In this document: positions 1-7,945 of the stretch, in pieces
Numbering within the stretch: the first letter of the stretch is position 1
Layout: each line of letters opens with the position of its first letter
From: a virus
Taxonomy: Duplodnaviria; Caudoviricetes
Direction: 5' to 3' (one strand)
Length of the DNA: 62,289 nucleotides
IMG/VR virus record: IMGVR_UViG_3300006921_003544
Coordinates: 1 to 62,289 of that record
Program-made: the position numbers and the translations under genes
The notes under the pieces: generated by a model
The model's database searches: none
Told to the model about the DNA's origin: nothing
The model's input: only the letters and a program-made list of their open reading frames with translations

Positions 1-37
1 CTATATTTCCAATTAAACATAATATAGGAGAAAAGTA

Positions 38-1174
38 ATGGACAAATTACTAAAAGAAGCAATCGCTGATGCTAAAGCTGTTAGAGAAACTGCTATAGCA
101 AACGCAAAACTAGCTCTTGAAGAAGCGTTTACGCCAAAACTTCAATCTATGTTATCTGCAAAAATCCGTGAAGAAGAAGAAGAGGAAGTTGAAGATGTAC
201 CGGTTGAAGAACCAGTAGCTGAACCAGCTTTAGATTCTGAAGAAGAAGGGACTTACGAAGGAGAAGAAATGGAAATGTCTACTGGTGATGAAGAAGGCCA
301 CGAAGATGAAGAAATGGAAACTGCTGAAGAAGAAGAAATGGAAGCTCCAGCAATGGACGCAGCTGAAGAAGAAGGTGAAGAAATGGCACCGGAAATGGAT
401 GCGGCTGAAGAAGAAGAAGCTCCTGCAGACGATATGGAACTTGAAGCAATCATTAGAGAACTTGAAGATGAAATGGGAACTGAAGAAGAAATGGAAGATG
501 AAGAACCAGTAGCAGAACAATCTGATTCATCAGGTGTTGGTAACGGCGACAATAAAGTTGTTGTAGCTGACGGCGATGATGAAGAAAAAGCAGAGACTGA
601 AACTTCACCTGGAAACACCATGGGATCTGAAGACGAAAACATGGACAAGATTTCTGAGAATGCAGAAGAAGGCGAAGAAGAACCAGTTGATCTAGAAGAA
701 ATCATCAAATCATTATCAGAAGACCAGTATACTGCTGGTGTAGATGACGGTGAAGCAGGTGAATCAGTAGAACAACCTGAGTCTCCAGTGGCAGAAGAAA
801 CTAAAAAACTGAAAGAAGCGTATGCTACTATCAGATTTATGAAAGATAAACTTTCTGAAGTTAATTTGCTAAACGCTAAACTATTATTTACAAACAAATT
901 GTTTAGAAATAATGGTCTTGACGAAGGTCAAAAACTAAGAGTGATCGAAACTTTTGATAGAGCGGGATCAGTTAGAGAAGTAAAATTAGTTTACTCTACA
1001 TTAGCTGAATCGCTTAAATACGATGCAAAAGCGACGAAGAAAGTTAAAAAAATTACAGAAGGTTTAGCATCAAAACCTTCAAAATCAACAAAACCTGCTG
1101 CTAAAGCAACACCTCTTAACGAAGGTAATGTAATGGCTGATAGGTTTAAGAAACTAGCTGGATTGATAAAATAA
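38..1174 (+). CDS. Prohead core/scaffold protein (T4 gp22-like)
   Basis: Very acidic, Glu-rich 378-aa ORF with helical termini, immediately upstream of the major capsid gene; AGGAG RBS before the ATG. Confidence 0.7.
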   Translation: MDKLLKEAIADAKAVRETAIANAKLALEEAFTPKLQSMLSAKIREEEEEEVEDVPVEEPVAEPALDSEEEGTYEGEEMEMSTGDEEGHEDEEMETAEEEEMEAPAMDAAEEEGEEMAPEMDAAEEEEAPADDMELEAIIRELEDEMGTEEEMEDEEPVAEQSDSSGVGNGDNKVVVADGDDEEKAETETSPGNTMGSEDENMDKISENAEEGEEEPVDLEEIIKSLSEDQYTAGVDDGEAGESVEQPESPVAEETKKLKEAYATIRFMKDKLSEVNLLNAKLLFTNKLFRNNGLDEGQKLRVIETFDRAGSVREVKLVYSTLAESLKYDAKATKKVKKITEGLASKPSKSTKPAAKATPLNEGNVMADRFKKLAGLIK

Positions 1175-1207
1175 TATCAACAGCTATAATTTATTAGGAG
1201 ATAATAT

Positions 1208-2947
1208 ATGAACGTTTCAGGACTAATACAAGATGCTGGTAATACATACAACAAGCAACTTGACAAGACTCGTGCATTAGTAGGAAAATGGGATAAGACC
1301 GGATTATTAGAAGGTATTGACCATGATTATGACAAGCACGGAATGGCCGTTCTTCTAGAAAACCAAGCTCGTCAATTGATTGATGAAGCTTCAACTGGTG
1401 GCAGAGGCACAGGCGCTTCTGGTTACGAGGAATGGTCGGGCGTTGCTCTTCCATTGGTAAGAAGAATTTTTGCCGAAATCGCTGCAAAAGATTTTGTTAG
1501 CGTACAACCAATGAACTTACCATCAGGTCTAGTTTTCTGGTTAGATTTCAAATATGGTGGTTCAGTAGCTGGAGGAGCATTAAATGGTGCCTTCACTTTG
1601 AACGACACAACACAAACTCAAGCGGGTACTTTACATGGTACTACTGACGCTGCTGGTGATCCAACTGGTGGTTTATATGGTGCAGGCTCGTACGGTTTTT
1701 CTATTAACAATATAGCAATTGATGACTTAGGTACAGTAGATGATCAATGTGCAACTGCAGCTGTAACTACAGCTCCACAGTTATTCTCAGGATCTTCTGC
1801 TTTAGCTACTGACGCAGTATTTAACTGGGATTCAGATTTCTCTGCATCTTATCAATCTACACAAGGTGCAACAGGAACTGGTGATGATACTATTAAGGTA
1901 ATTAGAGTATTAGCATCTGATATCACTGATATGGACAAGGAAGGTATAAGAGCATTTGTTCTTAAATCTAACGGTACTGGTGAAATCGCTGCTACTTTCC
2001 CTCAATTTACTAAATTAGTTGCTGCTGACGGTTCAGCTGGAACAACTCACGTACAGTTTGTTGTATCTGGTTCTATAACTGGTGGTGAAACTGACTTAGG
2101 TATTGAATACCACAAAGCTCCAACTGATGTTAACAGAGGTGACTTTGAGCAAGATCAAGCAGGAACTCATGCAAATGCTGAAACTGACTTAGGTATTCCA
2201 GAAATTGATGTACAATTAAGAAGTGAAGCAATCGTTGCTAAGACTAGAAAGCTGAAAGCTGTATGGACTCCTGAGTTCGCACAAGACTTAAACGCTTACC
2301 ACTCTATCGACGCTGAAGCTGAATTAACTTCTATGTTATCTGAGTACGTTTCTATGGAAATTGACTTAGAAATCTTAGACATGTTATTCAGAAATGCTTT
2401 AACTAAAGACTACTGGTCAGCTAAAATTGGTGAAACTTATGATGCTGGAACTTCAACATTCTCAGCAGCTGCTGCAGGACCTGAAGCTTATAATCAAGGT
2501 ACTTGGTTCCAAACTTTAGGTACTAAGATCCAAAAAGTTTCTAATACTATTCACCAAAAAACTATGCGTGGTGGTGCAAACTTCTTAGTTTGTTCTCCAA
2601 AAGTTGCAACTATTCTAGAATCAATTCCAGGATATGCTGCTGATACTGATGGAAACAAATCTGACTTTGCAATGGGTGTTCAAAAAGTTGGTGCTCTTAA
2701 TTCAAGATACCAAGTTTACAAAAACCCTTACATGTTAGAAAACCAAATCTTAATGGGCTTTAGAGGTGGACAATTCTTGGAAACAGGTGCTGTTTATGCT
2801 CCATATGTTCCATTGATTATGACTCCTCTAGTTTACGATCCGAAAAACTTCACTCCAAGAAAAGGTGTGATGACGCGTTATGCGAAAAAGATCGTTAGAC
2901 CAGAATTCTATGGTGTTGTACAGATTAAAGGTTTAGACGCTATTTAA
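1208..2947 (+). CDS. Major capsid protein (T4 gp23-like)
   Basis: gp23 motifs VQPMNLPSGLVF, AKTRKLKAVWTPEFAQDL, YAPYVPL, FTPRKGVMTRY; AGGAG RBS. Confidence 0.95.
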   Translation: MNVSGLIQDAGNTYNKQLDKTRALVGKWDKTGLLEGIDHDYDKHGMAVLLENQARQLIDEASTGGRGTGASGYEEWSGVALPLVRRIFAEIAAKDFVSVQPMNLPSGLVFWLDFKYGGSVAGGALNGAFTLNDTTQTQAGTLHGTTDAAGDPTGGLYGAGSYGFSINNIAIDDLGTVDDQCATAAVTTAPQLFSGSSALATDAVFNWDSDFSASYQSTQGATGTGDDTIKVIRVLASDITDMDKEGIRAFVLKSNGTGEIAATFPQFTKLVAADGSAGTTHVQFVVSGSITGGETDLGIEYHKAPTDVNRGDFEQDQAGTHANAETDLGIPEIDVQLRSEAIVAKTRKLKAVWTPEFAQDLNAYHSIDAEAELTSMLSEYVSMEIDLEILDMLFRNALTKDYWSAKIGETYDAGTSTFSAAAAGPEAYNQGTWFQTLGTKIQKVSNTIHQKTMRGGANFLVCSPKVATILESIPGYAADTDGNKSDFAMGVQKVGALNSRYQVYKNPYMLENQILMGFRGGQFLETGAVYAPYVPLIMTPLVYDPKNFTPRKGVMTRYAKKIVRPEFYGVVQIKGLDAI

Positions 2948-2977
2948 TAGTTAACTATTGATAATTGATTTATTAAG

Positions 2978-3005
2978 AGACCCGCCTAGTGCGGGTCTTT
3001 TTTTT
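2978..3005 (+). terminator. Rho-independent terminator after the capsid gene
   Basis: Stem AGACCCGC, loop CTAGT, stem GCGGGTCT, then a T run. Confidence 0.85.
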
Positions 3006-3027
3006 GCTTGTATATACGTATATTTTG

Positions 3028-3036
3028 ATATTTATA
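3028..3036 (+). promoter_or_regulatory. Putative late-promoter motif ATATTTATA upstream of phoH
   Basis: Same 9-mer recurs in intergenic gaps before structural genes (3768, 7888, 10563, 12330). Confidence 0.5.
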
Positions 3037-3089
3037 CTAAAGGATATATTATCCTTGTAATCCTAAACCCAAATAATAGGAGAGTTCAC

Positions 3090-3767
3090 ATGGCAAAGTA
3101 CAAATTCGCAAACGATCGTCCAAAAAACAACAAAAAAGGTTACAGATTCTTACTATCACTTAACGAAGAACAAAAAAAAGCAAAAGGAGAGATTTACCAC
3201 AACACAATTTCAACAATTATCGGAAAAGCAGGTTCTGGAAAAACATTACTAGCGTGTCAAATTGCACTACATCAATTACTTGAAAAACACATAACAAAAA
3301 TAATAATAACAAGACCAACAGTGTCTAAAGAAGATATGGGACATCTACCTGGAAACATTAAAGAAAAGATGGATCCATGGGTAGCTCCGATATATTCAAA
3401 CATGTATCAGTTATTAAGAAAGGAAAGAATTGATAAAATGATTCAAGATGGGCAAATAGAAATAGTGCCGGTATCGTATATGAGAGGTAGAACATTCTTA
3501 AACAGTTGTGTTATTGTTGATGAATGTCAGAATCTAGATAACCAACAAACCTTCATGATTGTGCAAAGAATCGGTAAAGGAAGTAGAATGATGTTCTGTG
3601 GAGATAGTGATCAGGTGGATTTGAAGCGACAGATGGATAGTGGATTAGCATTCTTGTCAAAAATTACAAATGTAGAAGGATTACATACGATTAAACTGTT
3701 AGAAAATCATAGACACCCAATACTAGATAATTTGATTCCAAAATATACTGAAAAGGGTATATCATAG
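3090..3767 (+). CDS. phoH: PhoH-like ATPase
   Basis: GKAGSGKT P-loop, ITRP, GHLPG, YMRGRTF, DECQN, GDSDQVDL. Start moved to ATG 3090, which has an AGGAG RBS; the longer 2958 start runs through the terminator. Confidence 0.9.
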   Translation: MAKYKFANDRPKNNKKGYRFLLSLNEEQKKAKGEIYHNTISTIIGKAGSGKTLLACQIALHQLLEKHITKIIITRPTVSKEDMGHLPGNIKEKMDPWVAPIYSNMYQLLRKERIDKMIQDGQIEIVPVSYMRGRTFLNSCVIVDECQNLDNQQTFMIVQRIGKGSRMMFCGDSDQVDLKRQMDSGLAFLSKITNVEGLHTIKLLENHRHPILDNLIPKYTEKGIS

Positions 3768-3776
3768 ATATTTATA
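3768..3776 (+). promoter_or_regulatory. Putative late-promoter motif ATATTTATA upstream of the neck gene
   Basis: Recurrent intergenic 9-mer. Confidence 0.5.
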
Positions 3777-3807
3777 TATACACAAACTAGACTCTAAAGG
3801 GAAGTAT

Positions 3808-4959
3808 ATGGCAACTACAAGAATATGGGATGGAACAGCAACGTTCACTAGTGGATCGAGTACTCCATTCGGTTTATACGATTCAGATAGTGAATTTCAA
3901 ACGGAAGCAGTATCAACAGCAAAATGGTGTTGCAAAAGAATGGGATATCCTATTGTAGATATTGAATTAAATCAAGACGGATTATTTGCATGTTTCGAAG
4001 AAGCAGTATCAGAATATGGAGCGCAGATAAACTTTCTCAATATTAAAGATAATTTACTGCAAATGCGTGGATCATCAACTGGAAATGAATTGTCAGGTAA
4101 TAATATTACACCATCTTTAGCTAGAGTGATTGAATTATCACAAGGATATGGATCTGAAGCAGGTGTGGGTGGAAACATTGATTATTTTAGTGGATCCATT
4201 TCTGTAACAAGTGGTAGTCAAGTATACGATCTTGATGATTCGTCAGTAACAACATACGAATCAGGAACACCTGGAACAGATAGTATTGAAATAAAAAGAG
4301 TATTTCACCAAGAGAGTCCAGCTATATCTAGATTCTTTGACCCATTCATGGGAACAGGACAAGGATCGCAAGCTATGTTAAATCAGTTTGGATTTGGAGG
4401 ATCTGCAGCAACTAGCTTTTTAATGATGCCAATGAATGCAGATTTGTTAAGAATACAAGCAATTGAATTTAACGACCTCATTAGAAAATCAGCATATACG
4501 TTTGAATTGGTAAACAATAAATTGAAAGTATTCCCATCTCCGCAAGAAAACTATACAATGTATTTTCATTACATCAGAACAAGTCAAAGGAAACCAAGTG
4601 TATCAGGAGTTGGTAGTATAAGCGATTTTAGTGACATACCATACAACGCATTAACGTATAGTTCAATAAACGATGCGGGAAAACAGTGGATACGAAAATA
4701 TGCATTAGCTAGTTCAAAAGAATTGCTAGGAACAATTAGAAGTAAATATGGATCCATTCCAATTCCAGGAGCTGAAACCACTTTGGATGGAGATACTCTT
4801 AGGTCTGAAGCTGCGACTGAAAAGTCAGAGTTAATTGTTCAACTTAGAGAAGATTTAGAATTAGCATCAAAACGGAATTTAATGGAACGTGAAAAGGAAA
4901 TATCTGAATTCCAACAAGAACAACTTAACAGAGTTCCATTACATATATACATGGGGTAA
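3808..4959 (+). CDS. Neck/head-tail adaptor (T4 gp13-like)
   Basis: RMGYPIVDIEL near the N-terminus; WIRKYALA..KELLG.IRSKY..IPIPG..TLDG at the C-terminus; position in the head-tail block. Confidence 0.8.
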   Translation: MATTRIWDGTATFTSGSSTPFGLYDSDSEFQTEAVSTAKWCCKRMGYPIVDIELNQDGLFACFEEAVSEYGAQINFLNIKDNLLQMRGSSTGNELSGNNITPSLARVIELSQGYGSEAGVGGNIDYFSGSISVTSGSQVYDLDDSSVTTYESGTPGTDSIEIKRVFHQESPAISRFFDPFMGTGQGSQAMLNQFGFGGSAATSFLMMPMNADLLRIQAIEFNDLIRKSAYTFELVNNKLKVFPSPQENYTMYFHYIRTSQRKPSVSGVGSISDFSDIPYNALTYSSINDAGKQWIRKYALASSKELLGTIRSKYGSIPIPGAETTLDGDTLRSEAATEKSELIVQLREDLELASKRNLMEREKEISEFQQEQLNRVPLHIYMG

Positions 4960-4962
4960 TTT

Positions 4963-5568
4963 ATGGCTTTATTTGGAGGAGATAGAGATGTAGCACTTGT
5001 ACGCACTCTTAATAGAGAGCTGCTAAATAATATCGTAGATACTACTATCGATATATTCAAGATATCCCTATATGATACTAATACTAATTTATACGGTGAA
5101 TCGTTAAGAAAAATATACAAACCAGGAGTTAGAGTAGCCAGTTTAATCACTCACGAAGACCAAGCATGGTCTTCAGATGAATTCGGACCGGATATGACTC
5201 AAACCGCGATGTTTGCATTTCTAAAATATGAGTTAGAAACGGTAGCTGATGTAGTATTGGAAGTAGGTGATGTAATAGCTTGGGATGAAAAGTATTGGGA
5301 AGTGGATGGTGTAACTGAAAATCAATATTTTATGGGTAAACACGAAAAGACTACAACTGCAAAAGAAGATAGAAACATTGGTGATATGGTAGTAGGAGAT
5401 CCAGAATACGGAACACCGCTACAGATAGGAGGATATCAAGAAGTATTCGGATCTAGTTTATCTATAATAGTTAATACTCACCAATCGAGACGAAGCAAGT
5501 TGAAGATAGAAGAAATACGAAATGGTTTCAATAGAACGACCAAGGGATTGGGGATTAGAGGAATATAA
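4963..5568 (+). CDS. Neck/head closure protein (T4 gp14-like)
   Basis: Follows the gp13-like gene; NLYGES motif and GDVI.W...YWEV. Confidence 0.65.
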   Translation: MALFGGDRDVALVRTLNRELLNNIVDTTIDIFKISLYDTNTNLYGESLRKIYKPGVRVASLITHEDQAWSSDEFGPDMTQTAMFAFLKYELETVADVVLEVGDVIAWDEKYWEVDGVTENQYFMGKHEKTTTAKEDRNIGDMVVGDPEYGTPLQIGGYQEVFGSSLSIIVNTHQSRRSKLKIEEIRNGFNRTTKGLGIRGI

Positions 5569-7283
5569 TGTCAGATCGAAAGAGAGAAATAAGAGGATCA
5601 GCTATGGGAGCTGTAGTGACGGGAACTGACCCTCTAAATAAGTTAACAGGTGCACCTCAATCTAATATTGCAACTAACCGTGGTGATCAAGTAAAACGGG
5701 ATGATACTGTTAAGAATTATTATCTAGGTCTGTATGATATAGATGAATGTATTCAATATTATTTTGATAATATAATTCAACCGACGGTAGATGATGGCGA
5801 TGAATACGTAAAAGTACCAATGATATACGGATCACCAGAAAGATGGGTATCTGTACAAGAAAATGGATATCTTAGAGATCAACAAGGAAAACTGCAAATA
5901 CCTGCGATTGTTTATAGAAGAACAAGTGTTGCAAAGAATAGAAATTTAAGTAACAAATTAGATGCTAATAACCCACACTTTCACTATACATTTCAAAAAC
6001 AATACAATAATAGAAACAGATATGATAACTTCGCAGTATTAAATGATATAAAACCAAGCACTGAAAATTATAACGTCGTAATACCAGATTTCGTCACATT
6101 AACGTATGAATGTATTATATGGACAGAATATGTAGAGCAAATGAATAAAATAGTTGAATCTATAAACTATGCAGAAGATTCATATTGGGGAGATCCAGAA
6201 AAATTTAAGTTTAGAGCGTTAGTTGAAGATTTCTCATCGGAAACAGAATTAGCAGCAGATGTAGATAGAACAGTCAGAACAGCATTTACCATTAGTATGG
6301 AAGGATACATAATTCCAGATTCTATGAATAAAGCTCTTGCAGATCAAGAAGTAAAAACATTCGGACCAGTACAAACGGTATTTAATACTAGGGCTGTAGT
6401 TGAACAAGGTGGTCAGTTAATTGAAATTGAGGAAAGTCCTCCAACCACAATACCGGAAGAAGTTGTATTCGAGAATAATTATGCAGTAGAATTTGATGGA
6501 GTAGATGATTGTATAAATCTCGGAAATAATGCACTAATAAAACCTACTGATAATCTGACATATTCTATTTGGGCAAAACTGGCAGATTGGAGCGGACTTG
6601 GCCAACATCAGATAGTTGTACCGATAGGATGTGTTTCAACTGGAGGATGGAAGATAGAGCTCAGAGGAAGTTGGGCTCTAGGTGATGCCATCAAAGTTTC
6701 CAGTGATATACGAGTAACGGATACTGGTGCGGGATCAGGCGGATATCTACATACTATAGGTACCCTAGCACTTGACAGTCAATTTGATGTAAACGGATAC
6801 TCCACAGCTTTAGCTGATAGTAATGGATGGCATCACTTTGCTATGAGTTATCAAAAGGCAACAGGAGTGCACGCATTATACATGAATGGAGTACTAATAG
6901 GTCAAGGCCAAGCAGCAGCTGGAGCTGATATATCTTATCTTAATGCATCTGCGCAAGTAATGTTAGGAGGTGATTGGGCTTCTTCTACTTCTGTTGAATC
7001 GCCATTCGCTGGCCAGTTGGATGAAGTTGCTATATGGAATGACGTACTATCTGCAGATGAAATAGAAGCAATCTATAATAATAAAGTTCCATTTGATCTT
7101 ACATCTAATAATGGACTCTATGACAGTAGTGCATCATTACGAGGATATTGGAGAATGGGCGATCCTAGCGGAACCTGGTCTTTCCCAACGATCAAAGATG
7201 TACATACTGCACATCCATCATTTACGACTTACTTTGATGGAACTATGATTAACATGTCAGCAGATGATATTGTAGCAATTTGA
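5568..7283 (+). CDS. Tail terminator/sheath stabiliser (T4 gp15-like) fused to a C-terminal LamG/ConA-like domain
   Basis: N-half has KVPMIYGSPERW, PAI, and YECIIWTEYVEQMNKIVE; C-half has FDGVDD, WHHFAMSY, LYMNGV, GQLDEVAIWN, GYWRMGD. Confidence 0.75.
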   Translation: MSDRKREIRGSAMGAVVTGTDPLNKLTGAPQSNIATNRGDQVKRDDTVKNYYLGLYDIDECIQYYFDNIIQPTVDDGDEYVKVPMIYGSPERWVSVQENGYLRDQQGKLQIPAIVYRRTSVAKNRNLSNKLDANNPHFHYTFQKQYNNRNRYDNFAVLNDIKPSTENYNVVIPDFVTLTYECIIWTEYVEQMNKIVESINYAEDSYWGDPEKFKFRALVEDFSSETELAADVDRTVRTAFTISMEGYIIPDSMNKALADQEVKTFGPVQTVFNTRAVVEQGGQLIEIEESPPTTIPEEVVFENNYAVEFDGVDDCINLGNNALIKPTDNLTYSIWAKLADWSGLGQHQIVVPIGCVSTGGWKIELRGSWALGDAIKVSSDIRVTDTGAGSGGYLHTIGTLALDSQFDVNGYSTALADSNGWHHFAMSYQKATGVHALYMNGVLIGQGQAAAGADISYLNASAQVMLGGDWASSTSVESPFAGQLDEVAIWNDVLSADEIEAIYNNKVPFDLTSNNGLYDSSASLRGYWRMGDPSGTWSFPTIKDVHTAHPSFTTYFDGTMINMSADDIVAI

Positions 7284-7291
7284 GATAATAT

Positions 7292-7513
7292 ATGATTTAT
7301 GTAATATATAATATGGCTGATGTAGCAGCAATTGAATTCGATAAAATACAACAAGAAAGCCAAGATACTTTGAGGCTATCAAACGATAAAACTAAAACCG
7401 TTCTTAAATTCAAAGGTGAAATGCCAGATTTTTTATCTGGTCTGCCACAGTACAATCATTCGGATATTTTATCATTGATGAATACCGCAGAATGGACAAC
7501 AAATCCTGAATAA
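7292..7513 (+). CDS. Small hypothetical protein following the LamG domain
   Basis: 73-aa ORF with a GAG-type RBS and phage-like codon use. Confidence 0.6.
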   Translation: MIYVIYNMADVAAIEFDKIQQESQDTLRLSNDKTKTVLKFKGEMPDFLSGLPQYNHSDILSLMNTAEWTTNPE

Positions 7514-7579
7514 GATCAGGTGTTTGGTTCAACTGTTATATATGTATATACAATAAAACTATAATAAGGGAGTTATAAA

Positions 7580-7861
7580 ATGGCAACAGAAGAAAAAAAG
7601 TTTGATTCAGAAGAATTAGCAAAGATTAAAGATTTACAAACAAAATATCAAACCATCACTGCTAAGATGGGACAATTAGAAGTAGATCGACTATTATTAG
7701 AACAAGCAATGCAAAGATTGGACAATTCAAAAGGTGAATTAACAGCAGAATATGAAGCTACTCAATCTGACGAAAAACAATTCGTTTCAGATCTAAATGG
7801 TAAATATGGTGCAGGTAATGTTAATATCCAAACGGGTGTATTTACTCCAAACGAAGCTTAA
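7580..7861 (+). CDS. Small coiled-coil protein, possible tail chaperone
   Basis: Heptad-rich 93 aa ending KYGAGNVNIQTGVF; GGAG RBS. Confidence 0.6.
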   Translation: MATEEKKFDSEELAKIKDLQTKYQTITAKMGQLEVDRLLLEQAMQRLDNSKGELTAEYEATQSDEKQFVSDLNGKYGAGNVNIQTGVFTPNEA

Positions 7862-7887
7862 AATAATATGTTTTGATTTACTTCTGC

Positions 7888-7896
7888 ATATTTATA
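7888..7896 (+). promoter_or_regulatory. Putative late-promoter motif ATATTTATA upstream of the sheath gene
   Basis: Recurrent intergenic 9-mer, embedded in inverted repeats. Confidence 0.5.
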
Positions 7897-7945
7897 TGCG
7901 GTCGACGACCTATATAAATTATCGATAATTAGAGGAGTAAAAAAC

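Noticed and set aside
285-512. Alternate-frame + strand ORFs (285-512, 20229-20531, 34458-34682, 60107-60310)
   Set aside because: Out-of-frame by-products of codon bias within real genes
165-780. GAA-rich repetitive DNA
   Set aside because: It encodes the poly-Glu scaffold; not a DNA repeat element or CRISPR array
2958-3089. N-terminal extension of PhoH given by the ORF track
   Set aside because: It starts at TTG and crosses the capsid terminator and promoter motif; ATG 3090 has an RBS
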